DNA from: Haliotis cracherodii
Taxonomy: Eukaryota
Direction: 5' to 3'
DNA: 64,000 bases
NCBI RefSeq assembly: GCF_022045235.1
Contig: NW_027266270.1
Location: 9,424,001-9,488,000 of the forward strand
The position numbers and the translations under genes are program-made. Under the pieces are notes generated by a model, which made no database searches, was not told the DNA's origin, and saw only the letters and a list, made by a program, of their open reading frames with translations. Shown one piece after another: positions 1 through 7,328 of the stretch (positions within the stretch are counted from its first letter, which is position 1; the number at the start of each line of letters is the position of its first letter).

Positions 1-22
1 ACTGTATCTAATCGCTTTCCCA
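1..22 (+). repeat. 3' end of split direct repeat A1 (truncated by window)
   Basis: ACTGTATCTAATCGCTTTCCCA is identical to 5489-5510, and the two diverge immediately after. Confidence 0.85.
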
Positions 23-40
23 TTTTATGTTTCCTTTGTA

Positions 41-180
41 CCCAGTCGCGAACGTTTCGCCGATTACGCTTTGAATACCATCTATTCCAACACTCGCCGT
101 ATCGCATTTACACAATCGCGACCGTTTCGCCGATTACGCTTTGAATACCATCTATTTCAGCACTCGCCGTATCGCATTTA
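41..180 (+). repeat. 70-bp tandem duplication in the element 5' leader
   Basis: 41-110 and 111-180 are near-identical (CGTTTCGCCGATTACGCTTTGAATACCATCTATT...CACTCGCCGTATCGCATTTA). A degenerate third piece lies near 217-236. Confidence 0.9.
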
Positions 181-258
181 TTCCGCTCTACTCCCGAACT
201 TCACCCTCGGGACAATTTACGCTTGTGGAATACCAACTCACCACCCCGACTTTTCGTG

Positions 259-1404
259 ATGCCTCCCAAGAGAAGAGCAACCGTCAACCACAAGCTTGTG
301 AGGGGAGCCAAGCAGGCCAGGACAACCAGAAGACAAACCCCGGGAGTACACATTGTACAGGAGACAACAGCTGATGGTGAGTCTGCCAATTACGGAAATA
401 TCGAAGGTGGCAACAGAATTAACGTACAATCGGCGCAGCTTGTAAATGCCGCGCAGGTTGCCAACTCGGCTACCCAGGTAAACGAGCAACTGGGAAAAAT
501 ACTCCAGTTGCTGGAACATTCAGCGCCCGGCCCGGTTAGCGCAAACCAACAGGTAAGGCTTGGTTTTAGTTCTCCCGCCATTTCGCCCAACATAGGGAGA
601 ATCCCCGATGCGCACAACGAGGCCGACGGTGACGCGGCCCCAGCCAATCACATCGCTGGATACGGGGATTCCCTTTCCTTCCGTGCGGACGGAATAGACG
701 CGCACGTCAAACAACAGGTGAGGGAAAAAATCTGGCGTGGCGAGTATGTTGACCTCGGCACAATACTACCAAACACCGAGGGAAGTCACGAGGACGGTAC
801 GATTACCATGGCGTATGACTCCTCAGGTAAGGTAATTTTTAAACCAATAAAACAGCAAGCAAAGCGCCTGTCCCTGGCAAGCTGGACTTCAGCTTTCCAC
901 ATTTTCATGTGTACTTACGTTAGTAGGCACTCCGAGGTCCGCACAACCCAGGGGTTGCTGTCCTACATGGAAACCATAAGAACGGCGGCACTTCGATTCG
1001 GGGGGGATGCCTGGTCAACCTACGACCAACAATTCCGACACAGAATGTCAAGGGACCCCTCACGACGCTGGGACAACATCGACGGGGAGTTGTGGCTGAA
1101 GTACATGGTAACACAGCCGGTACTACAACCAGAATCAGGCGGACGGGGCGCAATGACACGCGTACAGGGGGACATCGCCAGTCAGGTATGCTGGGATTTC
1201 AATAAATTTGGCTGTAGCAGGGTCAACTGTAAGTACACTCACAAATGCGGTAAGTGTTGCAAACATTCCCATAGCTCTAGGACCTGCTTTCGAGGGAATG
1301 GGGTCCAACCGACCCCATACAAGCCCAATCAGCCCTTTCCTAACAGAAAACCAGCCGGCAAGGCAGGTAAATTCAATGGCCCCTTCCCCCGTGGATCTCA
1401 ATGA
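259..1404 (+). CDS. gag: Gag-like ORF1 with C-terminal CCCH + CCHC zinc fingers
   Basis: First ATG at 259 (MPPKRR). Motifs KIWRGEYVDL, W..YDQQFR, and CWDFNKFGCSRVNCKYTH-KCGKCCKHSHSSRTC typical of Ngaro/DIRS ORF1. Confidence 0.88.
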   Translation: MPPKRRATVNHKLVRGAKQARTTRRQTPGVHIVQETTADGESANYGNIEGGNRINVQSAQLVNAAQVANSATQVNEQLGKILQLLEHSAPGPVSANQQVRLGFSSPAISPNIGRIPDAHNEADGDAAPANHIAGYGDSLSFRADGIDAHVKQQVREKIWRGEYVDLGTILPNTEGSHEDGTITMAYDSSGKVIFKPIKQQAKRLSLASWTSAFHIFMCTYVSRHSEVRTTQGLLSYMETIRTAALRFGGDAWSTYDQQFRHRMSRDPSRRWDNIDGELWLKYMVTQPVLQPESGGRGAMTRVQGDIASQVCWDFNKFGCSRVNCKYTHKCGKCCKHSHSSRTCFRGNGVQPTPYKPNQPFPNRKPAGKAGKFNGPFPRGSQ

Positions 1405-3010
1405 AATGGCACCCTGGTTACGCCAATATGCTAGGGTCAATTACAGAGATGCAAATTATTTATGGGTAGGTTTTAGCTTTGGCTTTAAGCTCGAGTTCCA
1501 GGGAAGCCGCACGGGTCGCCTGGCACGAAACTTGCGATCAGCCACACACCAAGATACGGCAGGCTACGTGAAACAAAAACTACAAAAGGAAGTCGACCTT
1601 GGCAGGATGGCGGGCCCCTTCAAGGACACCCCCCTAGACAACCTCCAAGTATCCCCAATAGGCCTGGTGCCCAAGAAGCAGCCAGGATATGGTCAGCACC
1701 TGGGTAAGCATGCGGAGGAATTCCGTCTAATTCACCATCTATCCTATCCCAGGGGTAAATCTATAAATGACTCCATAGACACAGAGGCCTGCTCCGTTGT
1801 GTACGCCAGATTTGATGAAGCTACCCAGATGGTGCAACAACTGGGAAAGGGAGCATTACTAGCAAAATTCGACATTCAGTCGGCCTTTAGAATTATACCA
1901 GTCCACCCATCCGATTTCGAGCTGCTAGGCATCAGATTCGAAGGTGAGTTCTATTTCGATAAATGCTTACCATTTGGCTGCTCCATATCTTGCGCCATAT
2001 TTGAAACGTTTAGTACCTTCGTGCAATGGTGCATGCAATCGCATCTTCCAACGTGTCCGGTCATGCATTACCTGGATGACTTCCTAACGGGGGGCACAGC
2101 AGGCACCAGCCACTGCTCAGACAACCTCAACGGATGCGTGAATACACTTGAACAGCTTGGGGTTCCTATTGCGCACGACAAGACGGTGGGCCCCACAACC
2201 AAACTGACATTCCTAGGGCTGGAAATCGACACCATTGCAATGCAGATCAGAATCCCAGAGCCCAAGATCAAGGAGGCAACAAGGGAAATCCAAGACATCC
2301 TGTCAACAGGTAACATCAAGGTCACAAAAAGGGCCCTTCAGTCCCTCATAGGCAAGCTTAACTTTATGTGCAGGGCTATACCAATGGCAAGGGCATTCAG
2401 CCGCAGGCTAATCGATCTGCTTAGCAAAGGTAAGCAACCATTTCACCACATTAGGATTACCAGCTGGGTCAAGGAAGACCTACAAATGTGGTTAACATTT
2501 CTTACGAGTTATAACGGCATTTCAGTGTTTCAGGACCAACTATGGGTGGACAGCGATTTCCTCCAGCTGTTTTCAGACGCAGCGGGTGGCGCCGGCTTTG
2601 GGGCCTACATGCAGGGCAAATGGTTTAACGGCGCATGGCCACCCCGGTGGGTGACGGATGGAACTACACGGGACTTGACGCTCCTGGAGCTGTTCCCCAT
2701 CACACTGGCCATCCAAATCTGGGGCAAGCAACTCGCAAACAAAAAGGTCCTCTTTTACTGCGACACCCAAGCCGTCGTAACAATAATCAACAAGCAGTCA
2801 ACCAAGGCCCCCAGAGTGATGAGCCTACTCCGTCGCCTAATCCTGCAGTGTCTCCGATATAATATTATGTTTAAGGCAAAGTATGTATGTTCCACTGCTA
2901 ACACTATTGCCGATGCTCTCTCGAGGTTTCAGCTCAAACGCTTCCGAGAGGCAGCACCAGCCGCGGACCAGAACCCCACACCTATCCCGTGCAACATATG
3001 GCTGATCTGA
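1208..3010 (+). CDS. pol: Reverse transcriptase / RNase H (pol); in-frame ATGs at 1298, 1376, 1406
   Basis: SPIGLVPKK, FRLIHHLS, KFDIQSAFR, LPFG, YLDDF, FLGLEID; RNase H motifs FSDAAG, ELFPI, YCD, NTIADALSR. Overlaps gag in the +1 frame. Confidence 0.95.
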   Translation: MAVAGSTVSTLTNAVSVANIPIALGPAFEGMGSNRPHTSPISPFLTENQPARQVNSMAPSPVDLNEMAPWLRQYARVNYRDANYLWVGFSFGFKLEFQGSRTGRLARNLRSATHQDTAGYVKQKLQKEVDLGRMAGPFKDTPLDNLQVSPIGLVPKKQPGYGQHLGKHAEEFRLIHHLSYPRGKSINDSIDTEACSVVYARFDEATQMVQQLGKGALLAKFDIQSAFRIIPVHPSDFELLGIRFEGEFYFDKCLPFGCSISCAIFETFSTFVQWCMQSHLPTCPVMHYLDDFLTGGTAGTSHCSDNLNGCVNTLEQLGVPIAHDKTVGPTTKLTFLGLEIDTIAMQIRIPEPKIKEATREIQDILSTGNIKVTKRALQSLIGKLNFMCRAIPMARAFSRRLIDLLSKGKQPFHHIRITSWVKEDLQMWLTFLTSYNGISVFQDQLWVDSDFLQLFSDAAGGAGFGAYMQGKWFNGAWPPRWVTDGTTRDLTLLELFPITLAIQIWGKQLANKKVLFYCDTQAVVTIINKQSTKAPRVMSLLRRLILQCLRYNIMFKAKYVCSTANTIADALSRFQLKRFREAAPAADQNPTPIPCNIWLI

Positions 3011-3921
3011 GGCAGGAAGCCGGCAGACTCCTACAACAATCTCTGTCTACTAATACATGGGCCACTTACCAAACAGGCATCAATGCCTTGCACCAGTTCC
3101 GGTCCGCACACCAGCTACAAGAGGTGTGGCCAGTCCCGCTGGATCAGGTCGTAAACTTTATTGCTTATCTGTCAGTCACTCACCACTCCCCTAACACAGT
3201 CAAGACTTACATTGCAGCGCTGTCTTCACACCACAAATTCCACGGGCTCACCGACTGTACAAACCATTTCCTGATAGGCAAGATTGTAACCGCCTTACAC
3301 AAATCAGCGGGCCGACCAGACACCAGAAAACCGATCACTGCAGATCTGCTGCAGGTAGTAACCAACAATCTGCCTCACGTATGCTCATCAGCATATGAAG
3401 CCAGGCTGTTCAAGGCAGTCTACTGCACAGCCTTCTTCGGTTTCTTTAGGGTTAGCGAACTCGTCCAAACTGGACCCTCAAAAACAGGTTGCGCCATCCA
3501 GAATTTAAGCTTCTCGGGCAACCCCCAGCAGCTTTCAATCCATTTACCACACTCAAAGTCTGATCAGTACAGGATGGGGACAACAGTTACAATGTCACCT
3601 ATACCAGGTAATCCGCTATGTCCGGTAGTCGCCATCAAGCACTACCTGGAGGCGCGCCCCTCCGGCCCACAACATGCATTCGTCCACTTTGACCATTCCC
3701 CCGTTACAAGGTACCAATTCCAGGCACTCCTAAAAAAGGCCTTAGCACACAGCAACATAAACACGGCCTGCTATTCTTCGCACTCCTTCCGCATTGGGGC
3801 AGCCACATCAGCAGCCATGAACGGGGTGCCCGAACACCTCATACAACAATACGGCAGGTGGAAATCAGATTGCTACAATGCTTACATACGCCTACCAACA
3901 AATTCAATGTTGCACAATTAA
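2998..3921 (+). CDS. Tyrosine recombinase (integrase)
   Basis: Catalytic set FFRVSEL (R), SKSDQ (K), HSFRIGAAT (HxxR), GRWKS (W), AYIR (Y). ATG at 2998 overlaps the pol end. Confidence 0.95.
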   Translation: MADLRQEAGRLLQQSLSTNTWATYQTGINALHQFRSAHQLQEVWPVPLDQVVNFIAYLSVTHHSPNTVKTYIAALSSHHKFHGLTDCTNHFLIGKIVTALHKSAGRPDTRKPITADLLQVVTNNLPHVCSSAYEARLFKAVYCTAFFGFFRVSELVQTGPSKTGCAIQNLSFSGNPQQLSIHLPHSKSDQYRMGTTVTMSPIPGNPLCPVVAIKHYLEARPSGPQHAFVHFDHSPVTRYQFQALLKKALAHSNINTACYSSHSFRIGAATSAAMNGVPEHLIQQYGRWKSDCYNAYIRLPTNSMLHN

Positions 3922-4513
3922 ATCAAATAGTCTTTCATGGTACTTACTACACTTCTTATTGTTTACAGTTTGGATGGTGGGATCCAGCTACATGGCCAGG
4001 GCACGGCAGTACTTGCTCCTGAAGGGCACCAGCCCGAACCAACCGAGGATGCTATGGCTGGCACGAGGGGGGATGAGGTGGAAGGAGCTGGACACCATTC
4101 TGGATGCACAGGTCAAGGCGACACGGCGCAGCCCCAGAGCCCTCATCATTCACCTGGGCTCCAACGACCTGTGCTCGGTCAAAGGCAGCCAACTCTACCT
4201 TGACATGGTGGCATCAATCCTTCGGATACAACTCCAGCTTCCTGACACCAAGATCATCGTATCCTCAATGCTGCCCAGGCGCTACTGGCACGATGCCAGG
4301 GATCCACGAAAGATCGAGGGGATGCGGAAGAATATCAACCGCCGACTGACCAACCGAATCAAAGAGCTCGGCGGTACAACAGTGCCACATCCCCAGATCC
4401 TGGCATCTGACAAGACATGGTACGCCTGGGAGGGCGTCCACCTCAGTGACAAAGGACTGTGTGTGTTTACGGACAATTTATTGCATGCCCTGGCGCTCGT
4501 TTTGCGCCAGTAA
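3878..4513 (+). CDS. SGNH/GDSL-type hydrolase ORF; domain proper begins about 3968 and is probably reached by splicing
   Basis: Blocks VWMVGSS, RGG, IIHLGSNDL, EGVHLS. An SGNH ORF after YR is known from some Ngaro elements. Confidence 0.85.
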   Translation: MLTYAYQQIQCCTIKSNSLSWYLLHFLLFTVWMVGSSYMARARQYLLLKGTSPNQPRMLWLARGGMRWKELDTILDAQVKATRRSPRALIIHLGSNDLCSVKGSQLYLDMVASILRIQLQLPDTKIIVSSMLPRRYWHDARDPRKIEGMRKNINRRLTNRIKELGGTTVPHPQILASDKTWYAWEGVHLSDKGLCVFTDNLLHALALVLRQ

Positions 4514-4630
4514 GGATATTATCTCCACAGGTTAGTGTTTCCTTTCAGTGCATAAGCAAGCCGGGCAACAATGCTATCTCCGCGTATCGCGTGGCCGTGG
4601 GTGTGGGGTAGCACTCTGGTGCTTTGTGGC

Positions 4631-5279
4631 GGGGTTCTTGTGGGCTACACTGCTAGTAACAAATTAACTTGCTTCCAAATTAATACTCGTGCTTAAGGCT
4701 ACCTGCTTTTCAGCGGGAACCTTTCCGGGGTTACCTGCTTCTCAGTGGGAACCTTGTCTTTCCCGACTTTTCAGCCGGGGAATCGTAGAATAACATACGT
4801 TGGGGCAAACAGTTGCCACGTATATGGGCCCGGCGGCGGAAGTCGTCTTGTCAAGCGGTAGCTGACAGTTGGGTCCGCGGCGGGAGCCGCACAATGGTTT
4901 TGCTAATGGGGCCGGGCAGTGTGATCTGCTTTGGCCGGCTACCTGGGGCCGGGCAGCGGCAGTCTGACTTAGGCCAGCAGCGTGGAGCTGCTTTTGGCAA
5001 CGTGGGAGTTGCCAAGCAATGGTAGCGTTTAAATATGCTACCGTGGGGGCCGGACAGCGGTAGCAGTCTCAGGCCAGCAGCGCTAGCTGCAATCGCCGTC
5101 GGCCACGCGCGTGGCCATGGCAACGGTAGCATTTTTGGTATATACAATTAGCAGCTAAGTAGCCCACTAGTACCTGCACACCCTCGGCCATTTAACCCAA
5201 TCTCATCTTCTGTTTTATTACAGGCACGGGCACCAACGGCTCGGTGGCCCGTGCCTCTCCTTGGCATATCGCAGGATAA
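4631..5279 (+). repeat. Split direct repeat B1 (649 bp)
   Basis: Matches 5808-6456 at offset 1177; only 3 substitutions seen by eye. Confidence 0.95.
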
Positions 5280-5510
5280 TTACATTTAGTACTAACTACT
5301 AAATGACTTTATCGCGCGTATCCAAACCATGGGCTAATTACGTCTGTAACCCAATCACCCCTCGTAACTCAATCACCCCGGGCCACCACTCGGCACCGTG
5401 CCCGGGGAATAATCCCGCGCAAGCATCATCCCGCCCTTTGTTAGTCCGTCATTCGCGAGCAGCCCTTCCCCAAGTACACACGTGTGTCACTGTATCTAAT
5501 CGCTTTCCCA
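5280..5510 (+). repeat. Split direct repeat A2 (about 231 bp), promoter-like
   Basis: Directly follows B1 and its last 22 bp equal window 1-22. Contains CCAATCA (5351), CCCGCCC, TCATTC (Inr-like, about 5449) and the ACACACGTGTGT palindrome (5476-5487). Confidence 0.8.
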
Positions 5511-5634
5511 CCAACCCACCCAGCTTGCCACTCCTTTTTCTTTCCTTTTCAGCCTGACGTGTCCTCTTCACCTGGAATGCTAATCACTTCTTTTCTTCAG
5601 CGTTTATTCTATTACAGGTACCAGCAGAGCGGAT

Positions 5635-5766
5635 TGTATATATGTAAATAAACCTGTACATATGTAAAATAGGTTTTCAGAGCGCTTGTATATATGTACA
5701 TACTTCTAAACGATTCTGATATATGTAATTAAACATGACTTCTTAATAGCTGTATATCTGTACATA
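5635..5766 (+). promoter_or_regulatory. Cluster of six perfect Pumilio response elements (TGTAHATA)
   Basis: Perfect sites at 5635, 5643, 5655, 5687, 5695, 5759; near matches at 5663, 5724, 5751. Confidence 0.7.
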
Positions 5767-5784
5767 TGCAATACCTGTCTCAAC

Positions 5785-5790
5785 AATAAA
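5785..5790 (+). terminator. Candidate polyadenylation signal
   Basis: AATAAA followed about 10-30 nt later by GT-rich GTGTGCGGGGGTTCTTGTGG. Confidence 0.55.
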
Positions 5791-5807
5791 CTATGTCGAG
5801 GTGTGCG

Positions 5808-6456
5808 GGGGTTCTTGTGGGCTACACTGCTAGTAACAAATTAACTTGCTTCCAAATTAATACTCGTGCTTAAGGCTACCTGCTTTTCAGTGGGAACCTT
5901 TCCGGGGTTACCTGCTTCTCAGTGGGAACCTTGTCTTTCCCGACTTTTCAGCCGGGGAATCGTAGAATAACATACGTTGGGGCAAACAGTTGCCACGTAT
6001 ATGGGCCCGGCGGCGGAAGTCGTCTTGTCAAGCGGTAGCTGACAGTTGGGTCCGCGGCGGGAGCCGCACAATGGTTTTGCTAATGGGGCCGGGCAGTGTG
6101 ATCTGCTTTGGCCGGCTACCTGGGGCCGGGCAGCGGCAGTCTGACTTAGGCCAGCAGCGTGGAGCTGATTTTGGCAACGTGGGAGTTGCCAAGCAATGGT
6201 AGCGTTTAAATATGCTACCGTGGGGGCCGGACAGCGGTAGCAGTCTCAGGCCAGCAGCGCTAGCTGCAATCGCCGTCGGCCACGCGCGTGGCCATGGCAA
6301 CGGTAGCATTTTTGGTATATACAATTAGCAGCTAAGTAGCCCACTAGTACCTGCACACCCTCGGCCATTTAACCCAATCTCATCTTCTGTTTTATTACAG
6401 GCACGGGCACCAACGGCTCGGTGGCCCGTGCCTCTCCTTGGCATATCGCGGGATAA
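5808..6456 (+). repeat. Split direct repeat B2, element 3' terminus
   Basis: Copy of B1 ending ...GGATAA; host intron sequence ACACTTATTATTG follows. Confidence 0.95.
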
Positions 6457-6512
6457 ACACTTATTATTGTTCTGACCTTTTTAATGGATTATTGTTTTGT
6501 AGAATATCTTAC

Positions 6513-7037
6513 CTGCTACGTGTAGCCATTATGGCTTTGACTCCATGAACAGGAGCCTTCTCCTTCCCAACGAGAAAGGTGACGTCACACATCTCTGGCA
6601 TGTTTAGGATGAGGGAGAGACTGTCCTGTAAGTCCCCTGTGCTTTTAAGCATCATGACGTCACCCCGACCGGAGGACTGTGAGGGGTGAGAGCTGGATTG
6701 GCTGAAAGATCTTGACTTCGAGGTCGTGCTGACGCCTTCATCAGAGGAGTAGTCGCTTGAGTCATAGCCTGAAGAGGTACCTTCAGCTGGAATAAGAAAA
6801 CAAATCAGTTATGAAATAATATTTCATTTGTTGCAAATGTTAGTAAAGCTGAGTGTTGTTTCATGAACAAAATGTGTCCTTGAAATATACTTTGAAAAAA
6901 CCATCAAGGAATTATTATCCTGATGTGATAAAAGTGAATAATGCAAATGTCTCACCGTCTGCGTCATGACCAGTGTGGTCAATAGTTTCCATGGCCGAAG
7001 AGTCCAGAAGACAAAGTCGGGAATCGTAATGATTCAT
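6513..7037 (-). CDS. BTB/POZ gene copy 1, exons 1-2 only (6956-7037, 6513-6786); intron 2 interrupted by the Ngaro element
   Basis: Same exons as other copies (one synonymous CGT/CGA change); intron 2 runs into B2 at 6456. Confidence 0.8.
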
Positions 7038-7150
7038 GTTACTTGTTGTTAGATCTTATTGATAATGAAAGACAGAACTGATATTTGGTTAAACTCGGCG
7101 AATCTAAAGATCTAAGTATGTATCTCGATGTAATGTTTCCAAGATTGGAA

Positions 7151-7328
7151 TGCCTTCTTCCTCTACCAGACCAGCTTTATACCTTTGCGTATCACAACAC
7201 AAATGACAGAGTCATTACTACAACTACATGTCAGGATTAAGTCAATGTTGACACGAAGGCTTCAGCTTAGCACATTTTGCTAGTGGCACGTGCTGCACTT
7301 GTTAATGAGCTGACATCACGTGACCAAT
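7151..7328 (-). promoter_or_regulatory. Core/proximal promoter of the BTB gene (present in every unit, e.g. 11543-11720)
   Basis: Minus-strand TATAAA (7181-7176) 30 bp before an Inr-like GCATTC (A at 7151). CACGTG E-boxes at 7287 and 7317, CCAAT at 7324. Confidence 0.6.

Larger units (their letters stand above)
1..6456 (+). mobile_element. Ngaro-type DIRS-order tyrosine-recombinase retrotransposon, 5' end (about 200 bp of A1) outside window
   Basis: ORF order gag, RT/RNaseH, YR, SGNH hydrolase. Split direct repeats: 1-22 = 5489-5510 and 4631-5279 = 5808-6456. Abrupt switch to host array sequence at 6457. Confidence 0.95.

Noticed and set aside
71-2862. Small ORFs overlapping gag and pol on both strands
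   Set aside because: Shadow frames of real genes with no recognisable motifs.
4631-5807. Hammerhead ribozyme or tRNA in the structured repeats
   Set aside because: No CTGANGA...GAAA core or tRNA cloverleaf could be identified by eye.
4813-6324. Duplicated 70-aa and 98-aa ORFs in B1 and B2
   Set aside because: They lie within GC-rich terminal repeats, have no domain signal, and duplication is explained by the repeat.
4631-6456. B1/B2 as conventional LTRs
   Set aside because: Both lie 3' of the ORFs, lack TG...CA ends, and the element has a YR rather than a DDE integrase.
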